A program made the translations under genes and the position numbers. A stretch of 35,903 nucleotides of DNA, from the NCBI GenBank assembly GCA_038893355.1, contig JAWARQ010000007.1:1-35903 (forward strand), in the 5' to 3' direction. Origin of the DNA: Sulfolobaceae archaeon. Lineage in GTDB: Archaea; Thermoproteota; Thermoprotei_A; Sulfolobales; Sulfolobaceae. Of the stretch, positions 1-9,709 are shown one piece after another. Under the pieces are notes generated by a model, which was not told the origin of the DNA, did not search any database, and saw only the letters and a list, made by a program, of their open reading frames with translations. Every line of letters begins with the position of its first letter. Positions within the stretch are counted from its first letter, which is position 1.

Positions 1-226
1 TGAGAGGTGTGGGTTCACTCTAGATAGGCAATTAAACGCGTCTTTAAACGTATTCCTCAAGATGTGCGGGTTCCCCCATATCCGTGATATTCCACGGGTG
101 TGGGTTGGGGTTATCCCGCTAAAGGGGTGGAGGGGGATGAGTGGGGCACTGCCCCGTTACTCTGGTGAAGCCCAAGGGCTGAGAATTGGATTCAAATTCA
201 TGAAAATTCGATGAAGCCCAAACCCC
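1..226 (+). mobile_element. Right end of a tnpB-carrying IS (would also encode the omegaRNA/reRNA)
   Basis: GC-rich tnpB tail ending at ...GAAGCCCAAACCCC, then a switch to AT-rich sequence. The exact end is inferred. Confidence 0.65.
2..214 (+). CDS. tnpB: TnpB (IS200/IS605/IS607-associated RNA-guided nuclease), 3' end only
   Basis: Frame 2 reads ERCGFTLDRQLNASLNVFLKMCGFPH...KIR*: last Zn-ribbon Cys followed by the RuvC-III DRxxNAxxN motif. Truncated by the window edge. Confidence 0.85.
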   Translation, partial: ERCGFTLDRQLNASLNVFLKMCGFPHIRDIPRVWVGVIPLKGWRGMSGALPRYSGEAQGLRIGFKFMKIR

Positions 227-298
227 GGTGATAAGCCAATCTTTGCTTATATAGAACCTCTAGTAAGGCTTCCAACTATATTCCCTTCAGATGTACCT

Positions 299-1150
299 AT
301 GTATAGTTACAAATTAATAGTAATGAGAGGTGTTCCAAGTTCTTCTGTCCTTAAGAGTATAGAGAGTTTATCGCAGTCAGATCTTAAGGACTTTCTGTGG
401 ATTTTTGTAAGTGGTGATGTATTGTATGTTGTTACTACTACATATAAGCATAATGAACATTTCGATATAATTAGTCAGTTAAGTAAATCGTATAAAGTAG
501 AATTTCTTGGTGACGTACCAATTGAACTTAAACAATTATTCAAACAAACTCAGACTAAAGAGGAAGTTCGAACTAAATTGACGATACCCGCTATTACCTC
601 AGAAGGTGCTGGTTTCGGTTATCGCGGTAAGGATATTCTTGAGGATATTGTAGCTATGGTTCTTGAGGAACTTGGATTTAACATAAGGATTGATTATAAG
701 ATTAAGAGCAGGGCTGGTACCATTATCGAAGTAGATGTTTGGGGAGAGAAGAATATCGGTGATTCTTACTTCTACGTGTATGTAACATGTAAAAACCTGG
801 ATAAACCTGTAGAAGTTAGCACTGTAAGGGAAGAGTTTGGCAGAGTTATGCAAATGCAGGTGATACCGCATGTAAGATTTTTTGTAGCATCAAGGCTCAC
901 AGAATCGGCAAGGAAGGAAGCAATATCTGATGGATTTATAGTTATAGAAGTTGGAAAGAAAGCAACACATGAGAATGCAAAGGAGGTTTATGAAATGCTC
1001 TACAATAAACTAAATGATACATTCGTAAATATAGCACCTACATGGCTTAAGGAACTTTCGAACAAAATACTAAAGATAGCTGAAGAACTAAAGAAGATAA
1101 GCGAAGACTTGAGTAAATTATCACAGACTAGTAGACATAAAAAGACATAG
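299..1150 (+). CDS. Mrr-like PD-(D/E)xK restriction endonuclease domain protein with C-terminal coiled coil; probably 5'-truncated by the IS
   Basis: LEDIVAMVLEELGF...EVDVW...VTCKN...VREEFG Mrr_cat-like pattern. The frame stays open upstream to the IS end. Confidence 0.7.
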   Translation: MYSYKLIVMRGVPSSSVLKSIESLSQSDLKDFLWIFVSGDVLYVVTTTYKHNEHFDIISQLSKSYKVEFLGDVPIELKQLFKQTQTKEEVRTKLTIPAITSEGAGFGYRGKDILEDIVAMVLEELGFNIRIDYKIKSRAGTIIEVDVWGEKNIGDSYFYVYVTCKNLDKPVEVSTVREEFGRVMQMQVIPHVRFFVASRLTESARKEAISDGFIVIEVGKKATHENAKEVYEMLYNKLNDTFVNIAPTWLKELSNKILKIAEELKKISEDLSKLSQTSRHKKT

Positions 1151-1342
1151 CTCAGCATAGAGTATGATAAAAATATCTTCATTTATTTAATAAATTAGCA
1201 AGTCCTCCGTAAGCTCATTATCTAATTAATCGAAACCTCTTAATTTATGACATGATAATTGTACTTTCTTATATGAGATATACTATATTATAGGTCACAT
1301 AGTATAGATCTCTACTTTATATTTAAAAAATAAAAATTAATA

Positions 1343-2128
1343 TTACATAGTATAAGATATGTTATATTTTTGTGAAATATAAATTTCAATTTGTTGAATT
1401 ATAGGGTTTTTGCATACGTTTTCTGGTTTATTTCCACTTAGTAAGCAAATTGCAGCAGTGATTTGGTTTGCTGAATCAATAATCTGTTTTCCGAGTGCGC
1501 TCTGGATTTGAATGTTATAAATCGTCCAGTTCCAGTCCATATTAGACATAGGAGTTGGGTTTACAGCACTCCCAACCTGGACGAGAACACCGCCTATTAT
1601 TATTAAAGGTATGGAGCTTTGATAACTTTGAAATATTTGGTTATATTGTGGTGGTAGTGTCATTAGATTATTGCCATTTCTGTCTTGAATTTCGTAAGCT
1701 AAAAACTGTACATAATTGCTTTGGTAGACAGAGTTATAGAAGCTGAAGGTAGGTACGTTAGGTGGGTTATCCTTATCAGAGGATTTTAATAATGTAAGCC
1801 CGCTAAAGTTTCCGAACCTTAATAGTGCTATTATTAATGCCCATCTTTGTGCTGCACAATATGGGCACCACTCAGTCCCTATATATACTACGACTACTTT
1901 ACTACCGTTATACCAGACTGTTTTGGACGGCCCTTTTTGAAATGGAAGATTTAGATTTAGTGTTTCCCCATAAATGTTGGAGGACTTTAATAGTGCTGAG
2001 TATAAATAGGGTGGTAGTGCTGATGTAGTTGGTGTTGAGTTGTTTTGTAAATATATGTAGACTCCTATAATGACTATTAGAACAACTCCTGCTATGATAT
2101 AGAACAGCTTCGAGGAGCGGGAAGGCAT
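1343..2128 (-). CDS. DUF929-family membrane-anchored thioredoxin-fold protein
   Basis: N-terminal TM helix; YIGTEWCPYCAAQRWALIIALLRFGNFS and NxPTFSF motifs. Confidence 0.8.
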   Translation of the reverse strand: MPSRSSKLFYIIAGVVLIVIIGVYIYLQNNSTPTTSALPPYLYSALLKSSNIYGETLNLNLPFQKGPSKTVWYNGSKVVVVYIGTEWCPYCAAQRWALIIALLRFGNFSGLTLLKSSDKDNPPNVPTFSFYNSVYQSNYVQFLAYEIQDRNGNNLMTLPPQYNQIFQSYQSSIPLIIIGGVLVQVGSAVNPTPMSNMDWNWTIYNIQIQSALGKQIIDSANQITAAICLLSGNKPENVCKNPIIQQIEIYISQKYNISYTM

Positions 2129-2721
2129 TGCTATATACTACTTAAGGTTAGTAAATAAGCTTATTGATTAGTTGTTTTATATGTTTATATTTAGTATAAG
2201 TAAGGATTCAAAAAATCAGGAATAATAATATAAAGATTTTTATAATCTTTACTAGAAATAGATGCTAGATTTTAGGGTGAGAAGAGTCTAGAGTCTGTAG
2301 TTTTACGTTATTGATTTCAGTACTCCAAACTAAATTCTATTATATGTGTTATTACATGGACTAATTCAAAAACATGATATAATAGTGCATTTTTTCCAAA
2401 ACTTCTCTAATAATCGGTAAGATAATGTATATTTTTAAGTGTTGGGATAGTAAGGGTTTAATAAATCTCTGTCTGAAATTTGAGGGTTTTACGATATTTT
2501 CTCGCCGTATCGTAACCTCTCCTTAAACTGTCTAGTTAACCGCCAGTTAACTAAACCATGTATTACCTAGGGTTCTTGAGTTCCCGTTAAATTCATGACC
2601 CCCCTTCTGTATACAAGGTTTTTCATAATACGCTAAGTAATACTTTATTTGTATCTTGTCCATAAACTTCTTAGATTTGGGCTAACCCATTTTTCACCTC
2701 TCTTTAATCTATATTTTTAAA

Positions 2722-3156
2722 TTACATCAAAATTATATTTTTTACATCAAAATTATATTTAATCAAAAATTCTATAAATTTTCTGTCTAATGTAATAACT
2801 GGTAATTGTGTCCTTACATGGGTTGAATAAAGTATAGCATCGAAAATATCGCTCCATCCCTTTTTAATTATCTTATAAGCTAAGGAGAGGTCGTATTCTG
2901 ATGGCTGTATTAGGTTTATCCCATAATTTATATAGAGAAATCCATCTATTGCCTCTTTTGGTAAATCTTCTAGTCCTACCTTTTTAGCCTCTTTTATCAC
3001 TACTGCGAAGAGTTCTGTTAGCATTAGTGCGGGATAATATAACTTTTTATCATCAAGGTTTAAGTCTGATATCTCCTTAACTTTAATTCCGAGGTATGGT
3101 AGTAAAAAGGAAGTATCAACTATTAATTCCGAGGCTTCTAGTGATTTCTTCGCCAA
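2722..3156 (-). CDS. vapC: VapC PIN-domain toxin
   Basis: IVDTSFL...E...DIFDAIL...TLD PIN acidic motif; overlaps the upstream antitoxin; start uncertain. Confidence 0.85.
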   Translation of the reverse strand: MAKKSLEASELIVDTSFLLPYLGIKVKEISDLNLDDKKLYYPALMLTELFAVVIKEAKKVGLEDLPKEAIDGFLYINYGINLIQPSEYDLSLAYKIIKKGWSDIFDAILYSTHVRTQLPVITLDRKFIEFLIKYNFDVKNIILM

Positions 3157-3355
3157 CCTCTTCTACCTCTTCGCTAGATATTTCAGCCCAAAAGTTCCTC
3201 GGTCTTTTTAACGGTATTAACTCTATTTTTCCCTCCTTAACGATCATTAGGATCGTTGATCCTTCAGAAATTCCTATACTTTCTGCTATTTCTTTAGGGA
3301 TGTAAATTGCATTCTTTTTTCCTACTTTTATTAATTTTTCTCTTTCCATTTTCAA
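3116..3355 (-). CDS. vapB: AbrB/MazE-family antitoxin
   Basis: KVGKKNAIYIPKEIAESIGISEG swapped-hairpin motif, directly upstream of the PIN gene. Confidence 0.85.
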   Translation of the reverse strand: MKMEREKLIKVGKKNAIYIPKEIAESIGISEGSTILMIVKEGKIELIPLKRPRNFWAEISSEEVEEVGEEITRSLGINS

Positions 3356-3730
3356 TAGTTTATCTACTTTCTTGGGTTATAAATCTTTTCAGATATTTCA
3401 GACTCATCTGAATAGTCTGTATGATATTTTAATATAAATTATATATAGATTATTTTAAAAATTTTTACTAATTAATTATCTGTATTACCCTAACTGGTAT
3501 TTCGCCTTCAACTATAGAGTTTTGGGCTATACCAAATTTATTGAATCTTATTTGTAATTTTATTCGTATAGTGATTTTTACAGAATTTACTGGTAGGTTA
3601 ATTAGTAAACTAGTTATTTGAGGTACTAAGAGGACTATTATTCATTACTAGTTAGGGCTAATTTATGAGGGAATTGCTCTAGTATGAAATATTTAAACTA
3701 AAATGAGCGCTAAAGAGCAATATAGGTAAT

Positions 3731-5029
3731 TTATTCTTCTTCAGTATCTTTAATTATATCTAATGCCTCCAAGTATAGGAATCCAAATATTATCCAAGTA
3801 AAGAAGATGTAGACTACTATGTTCGCTAGTATCGGTATTGAGTAAATTAGGAAGTAAGTTGAAAGTAATGTTGCGGATAAGCTAGTTAATAGTTCCGGTA
3901 TTCTCTTTTTAATTCTCCTTAACGATATTCTTAATAATGCAAAATTGGCTTCTAAGTGAATTATAAAGTTTGATAACCCCGAGAGAGATCCAGTAATCTC
4001 TAGCGTGTTGTATAGTCCTAATGCATAAGTAAGTGGTAAAATTACTAGTGCAAATGAAGCATAAGAAAGTAATTCTGCAAATATTGGCTTATTTCGCCAA
4101 TTTTTCGAAAAAAATTCTGGGATGAATTTATCCATCGCCATTGCATATATTACTCTAGATACTGCAATCATGAATACTAGGCAACCTAACACTGCATCAG
4201 AGATTGCTACTGTGGATACACCTATTGCACCAATTATACCAAACCTCTCAAGCAAGAATTGTGTTAGGTTTCCAGTGAAGTATATTGAGCCCAATGAGTA
4301 GAAGAATATTGCTATAACGATGCTACTTACAAGCACTGCCAATATTGATGCTAGTCCAACAGCCTTTCTTGCTTCTTTCGTTTCTTGAGATAGAGGATTT
4401 AAGGCCTCATAACCAGATACTAAGCTTATTCCGAATAATATCGAATATAATAATTTATCATTGTCTATATTTTCTATGAATGGATTGTAGAAATTATATC
4501 CTGAAGTTATAATGAAGAATATTGCTAGTATGAAGATTACTATTAATTCACCAAACGATACTATTTCAGCGTATTTTGCTGATATATTAACGCCTAATAA
4601 TAAGAGTAATAGTGCTATAAGTAAAACTATAATCGCAGTAAGGAATTCATTTATGCCAGTGAGTAAATGAAATATATACGCACCTCCTGTCATTAAAGAG
4701 GTTCCGTAGCTTATGCCGAATAATGCATAAGACCACCCAGCTTGAAAGCCCATTCTTTCACTTAATCCAAAAAAGGCATAAGAATAGTAGCCGCCAACTC
4801 TAGTAATACGTTTTGCAAGGAAGTATATTACTGTAGCATTTAGTAATACGAGTATCATAGCAATAATTGTACTTACCACTGCGAATCTTCCTGCTATGAT
4901 TATGGCAAAAGTACCGAAAGAGATGAGTGAGATAAATGGTGATTGTCCGCCTAATGCAATGAAGAATAACTCCCTGAGGCTAAGTTTTTTACTATTACTT
5001 CTGAAATTATTGTGAGGATGATTTTTCAC
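3731..5029 (-). CDS. APC-family amino acid permease
   Basis: About 12 TM helices; GGYYSY, GYE and SRVIYAMAMD motifs. Confidence 0.9.
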   Translation of the reverse strand: MKNHPHNNFRSNSKKLSLRELFFIALGGQSPFISLISFGTFAIIIAGRFAVVSTIIAMILVLLNATVIYFLAKRITRVGGYYSYAFFGLSERMGFQAGWSYALFGISYGTSLMTGGAYIFHLLTGINEFLTAIIVLLIALLLLLLGVNISAKYAEIVSFGELIVIFILAIFFIITSGYNFYNPFIENIDNDKLLYSILFGISLVSGYEALNPLSQETKEARKAVGLASILAVLVSSIVIAIFFYSLGSIYFTGNLTQFLLERFGIIGAIGVSTVAISDAVLGCLVFMIAVSRVIYAMAMDKFIPEFFSKNWRNKPIFAELLSYASFALVILPLTYALGLYNTLEITGSLSGLSNFIIHLEANFALLRISLRRIKKRIPELLTSLSATLLSTYFLIYSIPILANIVVYIFFTWIIFGFLYLEALDIIKDTEEE

Positions 5030-5109
5030 GTTATCTTAGTGATTGAACCTACTATTTAAATTTATGGTTGTTATAAAAATATATAATTGTATAGTATAAT
5101 AATAATAAT

Positions 5110-5349
5110 TTACTTTACTCTTCTTATTAATACTCTTATAACTTCCCCTTCCTTCTTAATATCAACTATCTCCTGCCCAGTCCTCTTAGCCCAAGCTTGT
5201 AAGTCGGGCTCAGCAGCAGGGTCAGTAGCCAAAACCTCAATAACATCACCAATATTAACTTGCTTAATAGCCTTAGCAGTCTCTAAGACAGGTCCTGGAC
5301 AATACATTCCCCTCAAATCCAAAGTCCTAGAAACCTTAACTTGACTCAT
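5110..5349 (-). CDS. tusA: TusA/SirA-family sulfur carrier
   Basis: LDLRGMYCPGPV (CPxP) and ATDPAA..D motifs; GAGGTG SD upstream. Confidence 0.9.
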   Translation of the reverse strand: MSQVKVSRTLDLRGMYCPGPVLETAKAIKQVNIGDVIEVLATDPAAEPDLQAWAKRTGQEIVDIKKEGEVIRVLIRRVK

Positions 5350-5421
5350 AAAAACACCTCAAATAAATAAAGTAACCTTCTTGTTTTTAAACTCAGAGGA
5401 TACTGCAAATTTTGCAGTCTT

Positions 5422-6474
5422 CTATCTCATACTTTTACCTATTTCTCTGACTAATGAAATTAGTACGCCTAAACCATATGCAGTATCTCTATCTGGTCTA
5501 AGTAGACTCCATACTGAGGCTGGTCTAGCATTAGGTAGTTCTTTATACCACTGGACTAATGCTCTTGAGAATTTATCTAAAGTTAAAGTTAAGGTGTTTG
5601 CTACTTCTGGGTTAGAGAATATTTTTAGTATGGTTAATAGTCTATCTAATGTACCATTCTTCTGAAGTTCTGATAATAATTTTAACGTATTCAGTAGCGA
5701 ATTCACATCAAGTTCTGATAATGTTTTTATTACTTCTGGTTCAGTAAACTTCTTTATTAATGGTATTGCGTTATTAAATGATGTTAATAATTCTTCTAAG
5801 TTCATGGATTGTAGAGATTTGATTAATTTTTCATCACTTATCTTTTGGAATAAGGGCCAAATTGATTGAAGTGTTGGTAATAAGTCTATCGCGTAAGATA
5901 CTAGAGTATTGACTAACTCAGTTTTAACTACTGCATCAATTAAGTCTATAGTTTGTTCAGTTATATTTAATAATGTGTCTAGCTTACCAGAAGTTTGGAG
6001 CCTATCTAGCATCTGTGTAAATTTATTTAATGTTGGTGTTAGCTTTTCTAGGCTTGAAAATAATGAGTCGTAGTCTATCGACGAGAGGACCTTAATAACT
6101 TTCTCATCAGTTAGTTTGTTTATAACTGGAGTAAGTTTTTCTGCTGTGGAAATTAATGAGTCGATGTCTATTTTCTGTAGTAAGTTAGCTGTTCTTTCGC
6201 TTGTTAGCTTTTCAAAGATTGGCCAAAATGTCTGGAGCTTACTAAATTGGTCTAGTGCATAAGAGACTAATGCGTTTATTAATTCTGATTTTTGTATGGC
6301 ATCTATTAGCGTTATTGCTTGATCTATTAGATTTAACATTGAATCTAACTGCCCCCTTGAGTCTAATTCTCTAAGTTTATCAACGATTTTTTCAAAGGTT
6401 GGTGTAGCGTCTATAAATTTTCCTATTTTTTCAAAGGTCTGTGGCTCTAATAATTTTTCAATGGGGTCTGCCAA
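5422..6474 (-). CDS. DUF1641-like helical repeat protein
   Basis: C-terminal SVWSLLRPDRDTAYGLGVLISLVREIG; internal duplication; adjacent to tusA. Confidence 0.65.
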   Translation of the reverse strand: MADPIEKLLEPQTFEKIGKFIDATPTFEKIVDKLRELDSRGQLDSMLNLIDQAITLIDAIQKSELINALVSYALDQFSKLQTFWPIFEKLTSERTANLLQKIDIDSLISTAEKLTPVINKLTDEKVIKVLSSIDYDSLFSSLEKLTPTLNKFTQMLDRLQTSGKLDTLLNITEQTIDLIDAVVKTELVNTLVSYAIDLLPTLQSIWPLFQKISDEKLIKSLQSMNLEELLTSFNNAIPLIKKFTEPEVIKTLSELDVNSLLNTLKLLSELQKNGTLDRLLTILKIFSNPEVANTLTLTLDKFSRALVQWYKELPNARPASVWSLLRPDRDTAYGLGVLISLVREIGKSMR

Positions 6475-6570
6475 TATTCACACCTTAAGATATTTGGGGA
6501 CTAAGTAAAATTTAAACTTTCAATCAGAGTTAGTAGAGAATTTTTAATTTTAAATCGCTTTATTTTACTC

Positions 6571-7431
6571 ATGAAAATAGGTTATGCGGTACTGGAAGAT
6601 GGAGAGAAGAGTATAGTATTTATTGATATTAATAAAAATAAATATTATAAAATAAGTAATGATGGATTTTCATGTGTGATTTCTAATCCAATTTCCTTTA
6701 TTAAGACTTTTGAGATTATGAAAAATCTAGAAGTAGAAGAAGTCATGGTAAAGAAATTACTTCCCCCAGTCATACCGAAGCGAATTTTTTTACCTGCAGT
6801 TAATTTTAGGTCACATTCTAGAGAAGCTTCAACTCCTCCACCACCAGAGCCTTATTTTTTTATAAAGCCGAGTAATTCTGTAATCGGAAATGATGACTAT
6901 ATAATAATTCCTAAAGGATTAAAAAGGGTTGATTATGAAGGTGAGATTGCTATCATAATAGGTAAAAGGGGAAAATACATTCCGGAGAGTAAGGCCTTAG
7001 ATTACGTCTTTGGATTTAGTATTGCTAATGATGTTAGTTTTAGGGATTATCAGTTTCCTGAAAGACATCCTTACGGCTTAAATTGGGTTATGGGTAAGGC
7101 GTTAGATACTGGTCTACCTCTGGGACCTTGGATCGTTACTAAGGACGAGGTTTTAGAAGGCTATGGAGAATTTAAATTGGAGATTAAAACGTTTGTAAAC
7201 GGCAAATTAGTGCAACATGGTTCGACTGAAGATATGATATTTAGTATAGAAAAATTAATTTCATATTTAAGTCAAGGTATTACATTAGAACCAGGGGATG
7301 TTATAACTACTGGTACTCCTGCTGGAGTTGCTGAATTTAGTGATAAGATTTATCTAAAAGATGGAGATGTAGTTGAGGTTGAGGTTAGTAAGATAGGTAA
7401 ATTAAGGAACTTTGTAAGGGCAGAAGAATGA
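6571..7431 (+). CDS. Fumarylacetoacetate hydrolase family protein
   Basis: FFIKP, DYEGEIA, NDVSFRD, TLEPGDVITTGTPAGV. Confidence 0.92.
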   Translation: MKIGYAVLEDGEKSIVFIDINKNKYYKISNDGFSCVISNPISFIKTFEIMKNLEVEEVMVKKLLPPVIPKRIFLPAVNFRSHSREASTPPPPEPYFFIKPSNSVIGNDDYIIIPKGLKRVDYEGEIAIIIGKRGKYIPESKALDYVFGFSIANDVSFRDYQFPERHPYGLNWVMGKALDTGLPLGPWIVTKDEVLEGYGEFKLEIKTFVNGKLVQHGSTEDMIFSIEKLISYLSQGITLEPGDVITTGTPAGVAEFSDKIYLKDGDVVEVEVSKIGKLRNFVRAEE

Positions 7432-7459
7432 ATGATTTTTATACTCTAAAAGTTTAGTT

Positions 7460-7897
7460 TTGAATATGTTAGTTAGTAATGAAGAAGATGAAGTAATAAG
7501 AAATGTTTTACTTAACTATAAAAATATTGCAACTGTTGGTTTTTCTAAGGATCCTAGAAAGCCTGCTCATTATGTGCCTAAGTTTATGATAAGTAGGGGG
7601 TATAATGTTATTCCTATTAATCCAAATCATGAGGAGATTTTAGGTAGAAAGTGTTATCCATCGATACTAAGTGTTCCTGAAAGAATTGATATTGTACAGA
7701 TTTTTAGACCGTCTAATGAAGTCCCTAGGATTGTTGATGAAAGTATTAGAAGGTATAAGATACGCGGAGATGTTAGGGTCATTTGGATGCAAGAGGGGAT
7801 TCGTGACGATACTTCGGCGAGATTAGCAAAGAGTTTTGGACTTATAGTTATTCAAGATAAATGTATGTATAAAGAGTATGTAAGATTAATTTACTAA
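7460..7897 (+). CDS. CoA-binding protein (YccU-like)
   Basis: IATVGFS..P, VIPINP, IDIVQIFRP, WMQEG, DKC. Confidence 0.9.
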   Translation: MNMLVSNEEDEVIRNVLLNYKNIATVGFSKDPRKPAHYVPKFMISRGYNVIPINPNHEEILGRKCYPSILSVPERIDIVQIFRPSNEVPRIVDESIRRYKIRGDVRVIWMQEGIRDDTSARLAKSFGLIVIQDKCMYKEYVRLIY

Positions 7898-8342
7898 TAC
7901 TACTAAAAATTTAAAAGTTATTATTTTAAGAGCTATAGGTAATAATAGAGAGAAGAGAATTTTATTTTAAAAATCTAGCATAATGTTGTCATTATTGTGT
8001 TTATATTTCTACATCTAAATAAATTACACAAAACCTTATCTTAGCATCTACTCCTTATAGAGATCCCCATTAATTAGTAAGTTTATACCCTAATGACGAC
8101 CTATGTAGTTTCCCTAGAGTGAAGAAAACTTTCAGAGATTATATAAAAAATTATATAAAGTTTTATTCTACTAATTAAGCTCTCTTCTAATAACTCTTCC
8201 TAAAATGCGTACAAAAAGCTCTATTAGTAATTTTTAATTATAATTAATAATAGAAAGATAGAAAGAATAATAATAGTAAGATAAGTAGATTATATTTTAT
8301 AAAATCTTTTAAAAGTAGAATTAATTAGACTATATAAAAATT

Positions 8343-8606
8343 TTAGCAACTACCTAGTTTCGAAATGCTAACCCCTTTTTCTTTTTTTGTCTCAGTTTTC
8401 TCTATGACTAATGTGTATATACCATTATTTTCTGAGGATTCTAATATTTTATACTTTAATAATGTTACTGCTTCAATAATCATATCATTACATTTTTTAT
8501 CTTTAAATATAACTTTCAAAATTCCATTTTTCATTGACATCAGTTTCGAGATTGTTTTCATAAATGGTTCGGGACACTCTAAGGTAGTTAGGTCAAGTGT
8601 TTCCAT
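8343..8606 (-). CDS. Second TusA-like protein
   Basis: LDLTTLECPEP motif; ends GSC. Confidence 0.75.
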   Translation of the reverse strand: METLDLTTLECPEPFMKTISKLMSMKNGILKVIFKDKKCNDMIIEAVTLLKYKILESSENNGIYTLVIEKTETKKEKGVSISKLGSC

Positions 8607-8642
8607 GCTGAAATTACATATTGAGGTATAACTTTATATTTT

Positions 8643-9050
8643 TTATCTTCTCTCCATTTCTTGCTTAAATACCTTCTGTACTAGATTGCTGAACACTTCT
8701 GCACAATAGTTGAAATCTTTTGAGATTTTCTCAATAAGCTTATCGACACTTATACTTTTATAAAGATATCTCGGTCTTCCACCCTTAGTCTTTGTATCTT
8801 TTACTCTTTCAACAAATCCTACAGCTATGAGCTTGTTCACAGAGCGATTTATTGAGGCTTTACTTAGTTTTAGAATTTCCGCAAGCTCGTCTTCTGTTTT
8901 TGTTCCTGAATTAACTAAGATTTTTAATATCTGGAAATCAGTATCTGATAGATCATAACAGAAGTTTAGTGCATCAATTAATGCCATTTCCTTTCCTGAT
9001 GGTAATTTAATTTTTTCAGACCCAGATTCCATTACTATCTCACTATACAT
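8643..9050 (-). CDS. Winged-HTH transcriptional regulator (TrmB/MarR-like)
   Basis: [22 protein letters not shown]...GFVER...GGRPRYLY. Confidence 0.85.
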   Translation of the reverse strand: MYSEIVMESGSEKIKLPSGKEMALIDALNFCYDLSDTDFQILKILVNSGTKTEDELAEILKLSKASINRSVNKLIAVGFVERVKDTKTKGGRPRYLYKSISVDKLIEKISKDFNYCAEVFSNLVQKVFKQEMERR

Positions 9051-9122
9051 TTTTGAAAAACCATATTTAAATCTTTTTGATTTTAGAGTATTTTGTAAAA
9101 TGTTGTTTACTCATAATTCTTA

Positions 9123-9707
9123 TTAACTAAGCATATTTTCCAATAACTTAGCAACTGCCTTAGAATCTTCTTCTCCTACATATTTTCCAATAATTTTTAT
9201 TAAGCTTTCAAATAGTTCCTTTCCCCTTAATTGTATAGAAATGCTACCTAGAGCTTGTAAGGGTTCCTTAAGAGTTAATATAGATTCAATAAATTCTGGG
9301 ATTGTCAATTCTGGATTCTCATTTAATAAGGATAATATTGTATTTAAAATAATTACTGATAACTGTTGAGATGCACTTTCTAATATTCTTTTCCTCTCTT
9401 TTTCATCGTTAATTTCATCTAATTTCTCTTTTACTTCTTGAAGTAATTTTAAGACTAATGATTTATAAAACTCTAATAAGGCTATTGATTTTCTAACTTG
9501 TTTACTAACAATTATTCTAATTTCATTATCTATCTTTACGAGATTTATATAACCTTTAAGATAAAGTTCTTCTAAAGCCTTCTGTATTGAGTCACGAGAT
9601 AATAATAATGATAATGAATTATAAAGGGAATTGTATGCTATCCCAGCCTGTCCACCTTCTGCTGCTGTAACTACGACTAATCGCTCTCTCTTTGAGAGAA
9701 ATTCCAT
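9123..9707 (-). CDS. Hypothetical protein with probable N-terminal wHTH
   Basis: 194-aa ORF in operon; SRDSIQKALEELYLKGYI. Confidence 0.65.
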   Translation of the reverse strand: MEFLSKRERLVVVTAAEGGQAGIAYNSLYNSLSLLLSRDSIQKALEELYLKGYINLVKIDNEIRIIVSKQVRKSIALLEFYKSLVLKLLQEVKEKLDEINDEKERKRILESASQQLSVIILNTILSLLNENPELTIPEFIESILTLKEPLQALGSISIQLRGKELFESLIKIIGKYVGEEDSKAVAKLLENMLS

Positions 9708-9709
9708 AT

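Noticed and set aside
8090-8140. Possible C/D box sRNA (ATGACGA...TGAAGA...CAGA)
   Set aside because: The boxes are degenerate and no CTGA D box is present.
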